A stretch of DNA of 64,000 nt from Candidatus Omnitrophota bacterium (GCA_035402765.1 DAONDX010000007.1:14281-78280); one strand, 5' to 3'. Counted from the stretch's first letter, positions 29,637 to 39,188 are shown. Notes: generated by a model not told the origin, from the sequence alone. A program made the numbers and translations.

Positions 29637-30803
29637 ATGTCGATTGATTATAAAAAAGAGCTAGAGGGAGCAGCCAGGAATATGATTTTTATGCACGATC
29701 CGGATCATTTGATCAAGATGATCGTGCGGATGATAGTAGACAAAGCCAGGATTTCTCACGCCAGTTTCTTTTTATACAATCAAGAAAAACAAGGTTATTT
29801 ACTTACCGCTTCTCAGGGATCACTGCATAAAAAAATACCCCTGGATTTAGTATGTATTGATAAAGATGATGTGCTAATCCGTTTCTTCAGGGAACATAAG
29901 AGCAGCTTTATCTTCGGTAGAGAGGCGTTATTGCTCAGTGAGGCAAAGTCGTCATTAAAAGGCAATAAATTAAAGTCAGCCGCCAAGCGGCAATTGGAAC
30001 ATGTTCTTTATCAGATGGAGCTCTTGGAAGCGGTAGTTTGCGTCCCCAGTTATTTTCGGGATGGGCTCTCGGGGCTTTTGCTGTTAGGCCAAAAGAAAAC
30101 CGGCAAAAAATATATCGATGAGGAATTGGATTTTTTTGTTGCGCTTAATTCTAATGTGGCTATGGCGATCAGCAACGCTCAATTGTTCAGGGAGTTGGAA
30201 TACGAATTAGACCGCAAGCATCAATTATTCATCCGCACGACGATCGCTTTAGCTGCGGCCATCGAAGCCAAGGACCACTATACTCATGGCCATACCAGCC
30301 GGGTGACTAATTTAAGCATGGAGATCGCCCGGCGGATGGAAGCAAAGTTTAAGAAAAAATTTGACAGTAAATTTCTTGAGAACCTGCATATTTCCAGCCT
30401 CTTGCATGATATCGGCAAGATCGGCGTGCCGGAATACATTTTGAATAAGCGGGATAGCCTTACTGTAGGGGAACGTAACCGGATTAAAGAGCATCCTATG
30501 ATCGGAGTAAATATTTTGAAGCCGATCAAGGAATTGGAAGACGCGGTTTCCGGGGTCCGCTATCACCATGAGCGGTTTGACGGAGAAGGGTACCCCGAAG
30601 GCCTAAAAGGAGAACAGATACCGTTGATTGCTTCGATAATTACGGTGGCGGATTCTTTTGATGCGATGAGTACTGACCGGCCGTACCGGGCAGCTTTGAA
30701 TAAGACCGCTGCGATTAACCAGATCCGGCATTTAAGCGGCCGGCAGTTTTCTCCTGAAGTGAGCGAGACTTTTTTAGAGCTTTGCCGGGAAGGTAAAATT
30801 TAA
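29637..30803 (+). CDS. HD-GYP domain c-di-GMP phosphodiesterase-like protein with an N-terminal GAF-like domain
   Basis: 388 aa; HYTHGHTSRV, HDIGKIGVP, HHERFDGEGYP. Confidence 0.85.
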   Translation: MSIDYKKELEGAARNMIFMHDPDHLIKMIVRMIVDKARISHASFFLYNQEKQGYLLTASQGSLHKKIPLDLVCIDKDDVLIRFFREHKSSFIFGREALLLSEAKSSLKGNKLKSAAKRQLEHVLYQMELLEAVVCVPSYFRDGLSGLLLLGQKKTGKKYIDEELDFFVALNSNVAMAISNAQLFRELEYELDRKHQLFIRTTIALAAAIEAKDHYTHGHTSRVTNLSMEIARRMEAKFKKKFDSKFLENLHISSLLHDIGKIGVPEYILNKRDSLTVGERNRIKEHPMIGVNILKPIKELEDAVSGVRYHHERFDGEGYPEGLKGEQIPLIASIITVADSFDAMSTDRPYRAALNKTAAINQIRHLSGRQFSPEVSETFLELCREGKI

Positions 30804-30811
30804 TTCATACT

Positions 30812-31927
30812 ATGCGCCCTAAACGTATAATTTTAATGTATATCTCTGAAGTTTCCGGGCATCGTTGCGCGACAATGGCTATTGAAAAGGCGATTAAAGA
30901 GCTCCATCCGGAAACCGAGATTTTAAACATTAACGCTTTTAATTACACTAATCCCATATCGGAAAAAGTGATTAACCGGATTTATATGGAGGTAATTAAA
31001 CGTACCCCCAAGATCTGGGATTATCTTTATGACAATCCCAACGTAGTTAAAAGCCTGGAAACTATTAAACGCTATGTCCACAAATCAAACTCACCGAAGC
31101 TTAAAAAGCTTTTTGACCGTTTCCACCCGGATCTGGTGGTTTGTACCCAGGCTTTTCCCTGCGGCATGGTTGCTGATTATAAGAAGGCCTACGGAGTAAA
31201 CTTACCCCTGGTGGCCGTGCTTACGGATTATATTCCGCATTCTTATTGGATTTATGATGCGGTAGACTATTATATTACCCCCACAGAGGATGTGTCGGTA
31301 CGTTTGGAGAAAAAAGGAGTTAACCCGGCTAAGATCAGATCCTACGGTATTCCGTTTGATACTAAATTTAACCAGAAGCTTAACCACGCTGATATTTTTT
31401 CGAAATTAAAACTCAATCCAGCTAAACCGGTGGTTTTGATTATGGGCGGCGGCCAGGGATTGGGGCCGATAAAAACGATCATTAAGTCGTTGGAAAAAAG
31501 CCAGCACCAGATTCAGGAACTGATTATCACCGGAACAAACAAAAAATTATACCGTTCGTTGAAGCGTAAAATAAAACATTACAAGAAAAATATCCATCTT
31601 TTCGGCTTTGTCCAGAATATTCACGAATTAATGTCTATCTCTTCGCTGATTATCTCTAAACCGGGCGGGGTTACTACAGCCGAGGTCTTAAGTATGGGGC
31701 TGCCGATGGTCATCGTTAAGCCTATTCCCGGGCAGGAAATAAATAATACAAACTTTTTGACTTTGAAACAAGCAGCCGTTAAAATGGATGAGCCGAAAAA
31801 AGTATATCAGGTGATCGATGATTTATTAAATAATAAATCAAAATTAGAGCGACTCAAGAGTTCCGGATTAAAGATCGCTAAACCCGGGGCAAGTATGGAT
31901 ATTGCCAAACTTCTGTTAAGCCTATAA
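30812..31927 (+). CDS. MGDG-synthase-like glycosyltransferase (GT28 family, diacylglycerol glycosyltransferase-like)
   Basis: 371 aa; N-terminal MGDG_synth-like region (SGHRCATMAIEKAI) and a C-terminal GT-B domain (GGGQGLGPI, KPGGVTTAE). Confidence 0.65.
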   Translation: MRPKRIILMYISEVSGHRCATMAIEKAIKELHPETEILNINAFNYTNPISEKVINRIYMEVIKRTPKIWDYLYDNPNVVKSLETIKRYVHKSNSPKLKKLFDRFHPDLVVCTQAFPCGMVADYKKAYGVNLPLVAVLTDYIPHSYWIYDAVDYYITPTEDVSVRLEKKGVNPAKIRSYGIPFDTKFNQKLNHADIFSKLKLNPAKPVVLIMGGGQGLGPIKTIIKSLEKSQHQIQELIITGTNKKLYRSLKRKIKHYKKNIHLFGFVQNIHELMSISSLIISKPGGVTTAEVLSMGLPMVIVKPIPGQEINNTNFLTLKQAAVKMDEPKKVYQVIDDLLNNKSKLERLKSSGLKIAKPGASMDIAKLLLSL

Positions 31928-31930
31928 ATC

Positions 31931-32788
31931 GTGTTTAATTACCGCATCTATCGTTTTGGCCAAATTCTAGCTTTATCTTTACCGTTAAGATTTGTTTATT
32001 TTCTAGCGGCTTTCTTAGCCCAGGCGTATTATCTGGTTGCTTTTCATGATCGGCGCAACGTTAAAGCTAATCTCCGGGTCATCTTTCCTGAGGCCTCAAA
32101 TCATAAACTACGCCAGATCAGCAGGATGATGTTTAGGAATTTTGCTAAATACCTGGTTGATTTTTTCCGTTTTGAGAAATTAGACCGCCGGTTTATCGAT
32201 AAAAACGTAAAATTAGAAAATTTGCATTATTTCGATGAGGCTTTAGCTAAAGGCAAGGGGGTAGTTGTCCTGACTGCGCATTTGGGCAATTGGGAGTTAG
32301 GCGGAGTAGTGATGGCGCAATTAGGTTATCCTCTCTGGGCGGTAGCTTTGCCGCATAAAAATAAAAAAGTTAATGATTTTTTTGACGCGCAGAGAAATAG
32401 GAAAGGGGTTAAGGTTGTGGCTATGGGTAAAGCGATAAGAAGCTGTATCGCTGAAATCCGGAAAAACCACATGGTGGCTTTAGTGGGTGATAGGGATTTT
32501 ACCGAAAAAGGCGCGATTTTAGATTTTTTTGGCAAGCCTACTCATTTTCCCGAAGGCCCGGCAGCTTTGAGCCTGATGACCGGGGCTTGTATCGTGCCGG
32601 GATTTATGCTTAGGAATCCGGATAACAGCTTTACCTTAAGAATTGAAAAACCCATTGAATTTCTGCCTACCGGTGATAAAGCAAAAGATTTGACGGATTT
32701 AATCGGTATGTATAGGAATATTTTCCAGGATTATATCCGTAAATATCCGCAGCAGTGGTATGTTTTTCGCAAATTTTGGGTAGCATAA
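31931..32788 (+). CDS. lysophospholipid/lipid A biosynthesis acyltransferase (LpxL/HtrB-like LPLAT family)
   Basis: 285 aa; HLGNWE motif, TM N-terminus, VGDRDFTEKG. Confidence 0.7.
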   Translation: MFNYRIYRFGQILALSLPLRFVYFLAAFLAQAYYLVAFHDRRNVKANLRVIFPEASNHKLRQISRMMFRNFAKYLVDFFRFEKLDRRFIDKNVKLENLHYFDEALAKGKGVVVLTAHLGNWELGGVVMAQLGYPLWAVALPHKNKKVNDFFDAQRNRKGVKVVAMGKAIRSCIAEIRKNHMVALVGDRDFTEKGAILDFFGKPTHFPEGPAALSLMTGACIVPGFMLRNPDNSFTLRIEKPIEFLPTGDKAKDLTDLIGMYRNIFQDYIRKYPQQWYVFRKFWVA

Positions 32789-32790
32789 AT

Positions 32791-33486
32791 ATGCGTATTT
32801 GTGTAATTATCCCCACTTATAATGAATCCCGGGCAATTGCCGGATTAATCAATCAAATCCGTAAATTAGGCCTGGAAGTGATCGTGGTCGATGACGGCTC
32901 GGTTGATGACACGGTAAAGATTGCCAATGCCTGCGGGGCTTTAGTTTTGGTTTCTTTAAGGAATATGGGTAAGGGAGCTTCTTTAATTAAAGGTTATAAT
33001 TTCGCGCTTCAACAGGGATTTGATGCCGTGGTCAGTATGGACGGAGACGGCCAGCATTCGCCTGAAGATCTGGCGGTTTTTATCCAGCGGGCCCAAATTT
33101 CTCAGAGTGTTTTGATTGTCGGCAACCGTATGGGCAAAATTAAGGGGATGCCTGCTTTAAGGGTAATCACAAATTTCCTGATGTCAAAATTTATTTCTCT
33201 GGTTGTTAAACAGCAGATCCCGGATACGCAATGCGGATTTCGTTTGGCAAAAAAAGAGTTATTGAACAAAATAAATCTCTCCACTTCCAAATACGAGACG
33301 GAATCCGAAATTTTAATTAAGGCAGCGCATTTGGGTTTTAAGATCGAATCTGTTCCGATCAAAACTATCTATACCGGGCAAAAAAGCCAAATTCATCCTC
33401 TAATTGATACTTTCAGGTTTTTGCGTTTTATGATCCTGGAATTTACCAGTTCTCCTAAACCGGTTAATGGTAAGGCGGTTTCTTAG
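32791..33486 (+). CDS. family 2 glycosyltransferase (dolichyl/polyprenyl-phosphate glycosyltransferase-like)
   Basis: MRICVIIPTYNESRAI...VVDDGSVDDT...DGDGQH are GT2 motifs. The ATG at 32791 is preferred over the ORF-track start. Confidence 0.8.
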   Translation: MRICVIIPTYNESRAIAGLINQIRKLGLEVIVVDDGSVDDTVKIANACGALVLVSLRNMGKGASLIKGYNFALQQGFDAVVSMDGDGQHSPEDLAVFIQRAQISQSVLIVGNRMGKIKGMPALRVITNFLMSKFISLVVKQQIPDTQCGFRLAKKELLNKINLSTSKYETESEILIKAAHLGFKIESVPIKTIYTGQKSQIHPLIDTFRFLRFMILEFTSSPKPVNGKAVS

Positions 33487-33990
33487 ATGATACAAGTTTA
33501 TACGGGAAACGGAAAAGGTAAAACTACCGCGGCTTTAGGGATGGCATTAAGGGCAGCCGGAGCCGGATGGAATGTTTATATCGGGCAATTTGCCAAAGGC
33601 CGGGCTTATCATGAGCTTGAAGCGCTCAAAAAAATCGGCAGGATTAAAATTGAACAGTTCGGCCGCCGCTGTTTTATTAGAAAAACCCCTGAAAAAATCG
33701 ATATCCGTCTGGCTCAGGCAGGACTGAAGCGTTCCTATGAAATTATTGTCTCTGGTAAGTATCAGCTGGTTATCCTGGATGAAGTAAACATCGCGTTAAA
33801 ATTAAAACTCATACCTTTAGCCGGTTTGCTGGAGTTGATCAAAAACACTCCCCGGAAGATTGAATTGGTGCTCACCGGACGTGGCGCGCATCCGAAGGTC
33901 ATAAAATCAGCTGATTTAGTCAGCCAGGTAAAAGAAATAAAACATTATTATACTAAAGGGGTAAAGGCTCGACGAGGAATTGAATTCTAG
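33487..33990 (+). CDS. cobO: cob(I)yrinic acid a,c-diamide / cob(I)alamin adenosyltransferase (CobO/BtuR family)
   Basis: 167 aa; MIQVYTGNGKGKTTAALGMALRAAGAG...ILDE. Confidence 0.85.
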   Translation: MIQVYTGNGKGKTTAALGMALRAAGAGWNVYIGQFAKGRAYHELEALKKIGRIKIEQFGRRCFIRKTPEKIDIRLAQAGLKRSYEIIVSGKYQLVILDEVNIALKLKLIPLAGLLELIKNTPRKIELVLTGRGAHPKVIKSADLVSQVKEIKHYYTKGVKARRGIEF

Positions 33991-33999
33991 TTTTTTAAC

Positions 34000-34028
34000 T
34001 TGACATAAAAGCTAATTTGCATTAACAT
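34000..34028 (+). promoter_or_regulatory. candidate promoter upstream of the small membrane protein
   Basis: TTGACA-17 nt-TAACAT, then a GGGAGGG SD and ATG at 34054. Confidence 0.35.
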
Positions 34029-34053
34029 TACTAATAATAAAAGGGAGGGTTAT

Positions 34054-34554
34054 ATGTTAGCAATCAGTTTAATCATTATCGGAATTTTATTCAGATTTAT
34101 CCCGCATACCGCTAATTTTACCCCGGTAGCTGCGATCGCTATCTTTGCCGGAGTCTATCTAAATAAAAAACAGGCTTTGATTGTGCCGCTTTTACTTATG
34201 GTATTAAGTGACCTGCTTTTAGGTATGCATAACGTGGCTATCTTTACTTGGGGAAGTTTCGTCTTAGTTACGCTTTTAGGCGTTTGGGCTAAAAATCATA
34301 AGACCCTAAGCGGCATTATTTCCACTTCCTTGGTTTCATCGGTTGTTTTCTATGGGATTACTAATTTCGGTGTTTGGGCGATGGGCTGGTATCCGCAGAC
34401 CGCAAAAGGCCTGTTGGATTGCTATATTTTGGGATTACCTTTTCTGCGTAATTTCACAGCCGCTACCCTGGTATATACCTTAGTGTTTTTCGGTGCTTAT
34501 GAAATTATTGCAAAGCAGGTACGTGATACAAAGTTAGCAAAAGTTCTTTTATAA
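34054..34554 (+). CDS. small polytopic membrane protein (ECF-transporter S-component-like; possible vitamin/cobalamin uptake)
   Basis: 166 aa, ~5-6 hydrophobic helices. Flanked by cobO and a cobalamin riboswitch/btuB. Confidence 0.5.
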   Translation: MLAISLIIIGILFRFIPHTANFTPVAAIAIFAGVYLNKKQALIVPLLLMVLSDLLLGMHNVAIFTWGSFVLVTLLGVWAKNHKTLSGIISTSLVSSVVFYGITNFGVWAMGWYPQTAKGLLDCYILGLPFLRNFTAATLVYTLVFFGAYEIIAKQVRDTKLAKVLL

Positions 34555-34564
34555 GGTTATTAGG

Positions 34565-34725
34565 TTAACGTTGCTGGTTTAGGGAAGGCCGTGTAAATCG
34601 GTCGCAGTTCCCGCTGCTGTAAAAGAGGTCGAAATTCTCTCGTGAGTTTGCCACTGGTTTAACAAAACCGGGAAGGCTAAAGAGAAGAGTAGGTTAGACT
34701 CTTAAGTCAGAAGACCTGATCGGCA
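34565..34725 (+). promoter_or_regulatory. cobalamin (AdoCbl) riboswitch aptamer
   Basis: tAGGGAAggccGTGtAAATCgGtCGCaGttCCCGCtGCTGTAA core, GCCACTG..GGGAAGGC element and B12-box-like AGTCAGAAGACCTGATC. Located immediately 5' of the BtuB-like receptor. Confidence 0.85.
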
Positions 34726-34789
34726 ACACTTGTCCAACTATTACTTTTAAATCCGCGGACAGATTTAAAAGGGTTAGAAACAGGGATAA

Positions 34790-34831
34790 CCCTTAATGCT
34801 TTTAATTAAAGCGTTAAGGGTTTTTTGTTTT
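34790..34831 (+). terminator. intrinsic terminator (riboswitch expression platform)
   Basis: 13-bp stem CCCTTAATGCTTT / AAAGCGTTAAGGG with a 5-nt loop, followed by TTTTTTGTTTT, ~28 nt upstream of the btuB-like ATG. Confidence 0.7.
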
Positions 34832-34858
34832 ATGCGGGTCCGAGAAAATGGAGAAAAG

Positions 34859-36904
34859 ATGTTTGGCCAGAAGCCGGTAAAGAAGTGTTTAGTTCTGTGG
34901 TTGTTGATTTTATGTCCTGCTGCTTATGTTTATGCCGGGGATGTGGAATTAGATAAAATTGTTGTAACTCCTTACCGTTACGGTGAAAGTTTGACTAAAA
35001 CTGCCGCTGAAATTAGCGTGGTAACGCAAGAAGACATAGAAGTATCGAGCGCACAAAATGTAGTGGATGTATTAAGAACGCTTCCCGGGATTACTGTAAA
35101 GGATTATTATGGCAATGGAACTAAGGTCGCTGTTGATATGGGCGGTTTTGGTGAACAGGCGCCTCTTAATGTATTAGTGCTTGTGGATGGAAGGCGTATA
35201 AATAATATTGATTTAAGCGGTGTTGATTGGAGCCAGGTTCCTTTGGACCGGGTGGAGCGTATTGAGGTTGTACACGGGGGCGCAGGAGCAGTATTATACG
35301 GAGATAACGCTTCCAGCGGTGTAGTCAATATCATTACAAAAAAAGGATCAGGTAAGCTTGCGGTAAATTTAGAAGCTGAATACGGTAGTTATGCGTTGAA
35401 CAAACAAAAGCTTTCTTTGGGCGGAAGTATCGATAATAAATTTTCGTATTGGTTAAGTGGCAGCCGGGAATCGACTAATGGATATCGCAGCAATAGTTTT
35501 AATGAAGCCAAAGATTTTTCTTCAAAATTCACCTATGATTTTACGGACATCTTATCCGTTCATTTTGATTCCGGGTTTCATGCTGCGACCTACGGCATGC
35601 CCGGAGCGCTTTATCAGAGTAATATAGATCAGTATAATAGAAGGTATGCCAGATTTAGCGATGACCATGCTAAAGGCAAAGATTATTATTTTCTTATTGG
35701 TTCGAAAAGTAATTTTACAGAAGCAGGTGAATTTGATATTGATTTCAACTACCGGATTAAAGATATGGAATCATATTTTTTGAGTTCCGGCTTAGATACT
35801 CAGAAAACCACGATTAAGACCTTCGGAGTTAATCCTAAATATACTTTAGATAATACTATTTTTGATCATCAGAACAAATTAATTGCCGGGGTTGATTTTT
35901 ATCGGTCTTTATATAGTTCTAAAACGTATCTTATTACTAACGAACAGCTGAATCAGCATACCAATACTAATAAGAATTCGTTTGGCAGCTATTTACAAGA
36001 TGAATTTTCGATCTCTAAGAAATTAGTCTTAATTGCCGGGTACCGTTATGAACTGGCGCGGTATGCTTTTGGTTATCATGATAATGATCTTCATGGATAT
36101 GGACAAAACCCGGATCTTGACAATAAAGTAAAGCCGAGTATGAACGCTTTTAACAGCGGGTTAGCCTATAATTATCAAGATAATTCTAATATTTTTATAA
36201 GTGTCGGTAAAAGTTTCCGTTTCCCTGAGGTAGACGAATTTACTTATGTGGATAATAATTATCAACAGCAGCTTAATACGGATCTAGAGCCTCAGTCTTC
36301 TATAGATTATCAGGCAGGCCTGCGGCACAAGTTTTCTGATCAGGTCAAAGGGACTTTGACGGTATTCAGAAAAAACGTAAAAAATGAACTTTATTATAAT
36401 GCTCAGGATGCTTTGGTCTGGGGCTATTGGAACGGGAAGAATTCTAACTATGATAAGACAGTCCATGAAGGTTTGGAGTGCTCGCTTGAGACAAAGCTTT
36501 GCAGCTGGGTAAATTGGTTCGGTAACTATACTTATACTAATGCATATTTTGACGGAGGCCAATATAACAAAAACGAAATACCTTTAGCCGCCAGGCATAA
36601 AGGAAGTATGGGTTTAAAATTTACATTGCCGATGAATATAGCTTTTAACATTATCGGAACTTATGTCGGCCCGAGGTATTACTTAAATGACCAGGCTAAT
36701 GCTTATTCTAAAATAAATGGATATATGGTTGCTGATACTAATCTATCTTGGTGTCACAAAGATTTTAAGGTAACTTTTAGTATCAATAATTTATTTGGTA
36801 AGCAATATTCTGAATACGCCGGAGTCAGCGTAGACAGCGGGTTAAAATTTTATTATCCTAACCCGGAAAGAAATTTTAGTTTAAAAGCTAGCTATTCTTT
36901 TTAG
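34859..36904 (+). CDS. btuB: TonB-dependent outer-membrane receptor (BtuB-like)
   Basis: Signal peptide (MFGQKPVKKCLVLWLLILCPAAYVYA), TonB box DKIVVTP, plug and 22-strand barrel, C-terminal aromatic (SYSF). The ATG at 34859 is preferred; the ORF-track 5' extension covers the terminator. Confidence 0.85.
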   Translation: MFGQKPVKKCLVLWLLILCPAAYVYAGDVELDKIVVTPYRYGESLTKTAAEISVVTQEDIEVSSAQNVVDVLRTLPGITVKDYYGNGTKVAVDMGGFGEQAPLNVLVLVDGRRINNIDLSGVDWSQVPLDRVERIEVVHGGAGAVLYGDNASSGVVNIITKKGSGKLAVNLEAEYGSYALNKQKLSLGGSIDNKFSYWLSGSRESTNGYRSNSFNEAKDFSSKFTYDFTDILSVHFDSGFHAATYGMPGALYQSNIDQYNRRYARFSDDHAKGKDYYFLIGSKSNFTEAGEFDIDFNYRIKDMESYFLSSGLDTQKTTIKTFGVNPKYTLDNTIFDHQNKLIAGVDFYRSLYSSKTYLITNEQLNQHTNTNKNSFGSYLQDEFSISKKLVLIAGYRYELARYAFGYHDNDLHGYGQNPDLDNKVKPSMNAFNSGLAYNYQDNSNIFISVGKSFRFPEVDEFTYVDNNYQQQLNTDLEPQSSIDYQAGLRHKFSDQVKGTLTVFRKNVKNELYYNAQDALVWGYWNGKNSNYDKTVHEGLECSLETKLCSWVNWFGNYTYTNAYFDGGQYNKNEIPLAARHKGSMGLKFTLPMNIAFNIIGTYVGPRYYLNDQANAYSKINGYMVADTNLSWCHKDFKVTFSINNLFGKQYSEYAGVSVDSGLKFYYPNPERNFSLKASYSF

Positions 36905-36980
36905 TTCTAAGTAGGATCGCATAGCTAACGTTTTCTAAAAGCGAAAATAAAAGTCAGTAATAAAGAAGGAGTATTAAAAC

Positions 36981-37175
36981 ATGCCCGAATATATCTGCCC
37001 GTACTGTAAAAAGCCGATTAACGATGACGAGGCTTTACTTTGCCTTTACTGCGGGGAAAGTCTTAACCGGCCAGTAGGGCTTATGGGGAAGTTAAAATAC
37101 CTCAAGCCTAAAATCATCATGGTAATTATCGTGGTTTTGGTATTATTCAGTTTTATGGTTTTAATGTTAAGGTAG
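36981..37175 (+). CDS. small membrane-anchored zinc-ribbon protein
   Basis: 64 aa; CPYCKKPIN...CLYCGE followed by one TM helix. Confidence 0.5.
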   Translation: MPEYICPYCKKPINDDEALLCLYCGESLNRPVGLMGKLKYLKPKIIMVIIVVLVLFSFMVLMLR

Positions 37176-37230
37176 GCAAGTGCCTGTTTCAATTTCTTGC
37201 CAGATCATTTTCCTCATGATAAAATAAATC

Positions 37231-37965
37231 ATGATTACCGATCACCTATTAGGTTTGACTTTAGCTATCTCCATTTTTATCCACGCAGGGGTGCTTTTAC
37301 AGAGTACCGGGTTTAATCCGTTTGTCCCCACGCCTAAGCTCCAAAAAATAGCCGTGCGTTATATTAAAAAAAATCCCCAAGTTCAATCTTTGCCTAGAAG
37401 GGTGATTGATCCGGGCAGAGAGAGGTTAATGCCTAAAACTGAACCGTTTCTAAAGCTTGATGCTGAAATGGGCGCCGGCCTGCGGCGCGCTCCTTTGCCT
37501 TATATTGAACCTGCCGATACTGCTTCAGCTTCTGCGGTTTCCACTAAAGCACTGCTGAATGAAGCGTTGCCGAATAAGTCTGTGGAATTTTCTAAGCCTG
37601 TTTTTGCCAGTTCTGAAATAATGGCAATTAAGAAAAAGATCACCTTACCGGCAATCGAGATGGCCAAGATCAATAACCCCAGCTATATAAGCTACTACCA
37701 GATTGTCAGGGAGAAGATCCGCCGCAGCGCTTATCAAAACTATACGCATAATGTAACCGGCGAAGTTTACGTTTCTTTTATCATTTCTAACGAGGGTTAT
37801 ATAAAAGATGTGCGTTTAGTTGAGGAGAAGACCACGGTCAATGATTATTTAAAAAATATTGCTTTAAGGAGCGTCAGAGACGCCTCGCCTTTTCCAAATT
37901 TTCCCAAAGAGCTTGATTATCCGCAGTTATCTTTTAACATCATAATTTCTTTTGAAATAGAGTAA
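37231..37965 (+). CDS. TonB-family energy transducer (C-terminal TonB domain)
   Basis: N-terminal TM anchor and a C-terminal domain (GEVYVSFIISNEGYIKDVRLVEEK...) consistent with the TonB C-terminal domain. Confidence 0.65.
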   Translation: MITDHLLGLTLAISIFIHAGVLLQSTGFNPFVPTPKLQKIAVRYIKKNPQVQSLPRRVIDPGRERLMPKTEPFLKLDAEMGAGLRRAPLPYIEPADTASASAVSTKALLNEALPNKSVEFSKPVFASSEIMAIKKKITLPAIEMAKINNPSYISYYQIVREKIRRSAYQNYTHNVTGEVYVSFIISNEGYIKDVRLVEEKTTVNDYLKNIALRSVRDASPFPNFPKELDYPQLSFNIIISFEIE

Positions 37966-37983
37966 TCTTCGCTTTTAAACCAA

Positions 37984-38011
37984 GTAGAGAGGCAAAATCT
38001 TGCCTCTCTAC
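37984..38011 (+). terminator. GC-rich hairpin after the TonB-like gene (possible terminator)
   Basis: 12-bp perfect stem GTAGAGAGGCAA/TTGCCTCTCTAC with a 4-nt loop. No strong T-tract. Confidence 0.4.
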
Positions 38012-38031
38012 TAATGTTGAACGCGTTATTA

Positions 38032-38060
38032 TTGACACTTTTTTAAAAGGATGGTATATT
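38032..38060 (+). promoter_or_regulatory. sigma70-like promoter for rpsU
   Basis: TTGACA-17 nt-TATATT. Confidence 0.55.
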
Positions 38061-38097
38061 AAAAGCTTAAAATTCTACCTGAAAGGAGATGATTATA

Positions 38098-38262
38098 TTG
38101 ACACAAGTCGAAGTTAAAAAAGACGAATCTTTTGAATCTGCTTTGCGCCGTTTTAAGAAAAAGATTGAGCAGGAAGGGATTTTGCGTGAAGTGCGCGATC
38201 GTAAACATTACGAAAAGCCCAGTGAACGTAAGAGAAAGAAAGCTAAAACCATTAGAAAATAA
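38098..38262 (+). CDS. rpsU: 30S ribosomal protein S21
   Basis: Not in the ORF track (54 aa, TTG start with an AGGAG SD 9 nt upstream): [50 protein letters not shown]. Confidence 0.85.
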   Translation: MTQVEVKKDESFESALRRFKKKIEQEGILREVRDRKHYEKPSERKRKKAKTIRK

Positions 38263-38264
38263 AC

Positions 38265-39188
38265 ATGAATTTAGCGCTTTCTACTTCCTGGAATGCCTAC
38301 CGGTTTAATAATGGGGCAGAACTGCTCTTTGAAATAGACCAACTTAAATTTAAGGCCGTAGAATTAAGTTTTAATCTTACTTCAGAGGTTGTGGATGGGA
38401 TTGTCAAAGAATCCCGCCGGTTGGGCATCAAAATTCAGAGCCTGCATAATTATTGCCCTATTCCTGCCGGGTTGACTCCTAAACAGGCTTTACCCGATTG
38501 TTATTCTTTAGCTTCCTTGGATAATCAGGAGCGTTTACTGGCGGTCAAATATACGAAATCTACCATTGATACTGCCAGTAACTTAGGCGCCAAGGTTGTG
38601 GTTTTACATTGCGGTAGAGTGCAGATTCCGGATTCCACCCGTCAACTGATCAATCTTTATAATCAGGCCCCCAGAGAGCAAGCCGCTTTTATTAAGCTTA
38701 AAGATGAGATGATCCGCCTAAGGAGCGGTCAAGCGCCGGCTTTTTTTGAGCAGGTATTAAGTAGTTTGGATGAATTAAATGCTTACGCAAAAATAAAACA
38801 TGTTTTTTTGGGTGTTGAGACGCGTTTTTATTACTGTGAAATTCCGGCTATTTTTGAGATCGGTGCTATTCTTGATAAATTTAGAAATTCCCAAATTTTT
38901 TATTGGCATGATACCGGGCATGCCCAAGTTATGGAGAACCTGGGTTTTGCCAAACATAAAGATTTTCTGGAACTTTACGGGCGTAATTTGATCGGCGTGC
39001 ATCTGCATGATGTTGCGGGTTGCCAGGATCATCTGGCGCCTGCAAAAGGCGGTTTAGATTTTTCATTGCTTAAGCCGTATTTGACGCCGGATACTTTGAA
39101 AGTTATTGAAGCCCATGCTCCGGCGACGGCGCAAGACTTGATAAAAAGCCGGGATTATATATCCAGAATTTATGATGAGTCGGATTAA
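38265..39188 (+). CDS. xylose-isomerase-like TIM-barrel protein (sugar phosphate isomerase/epimerase family)
   Basis: 307 aa; metal-ligand His/Asp/Glu pattern spread across the sequence. Assigned by fold family only. Confidence 0.55.
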   Translation: MNLALSTSWNAYRFNNGAELLFEIDQLKFKAVELSFNLTSEVVDGIVKESRRLGIKIQSLHNYCPIPAGLTPKQALPDCYSLASLDNQERLLAVKYTKSTIDTASNLGAKVVVLHCGRVQIPDSTRQLINLYNQAPREQAAFIKLKDEMIRLRSGQAPAFFEQVLSSLDELNAYAKIKHVFLGVETRFYYCEIPAIFEIGAILDKFRNSQIFYWHDTGHAQVMENLGFAKHKDFLELYGRNLIGVHLHDVAGCQDHLAPAKGGLDFSLLKPYLTPDTLKVIEAHAPATAQDLIKSRDYISRIYDESD

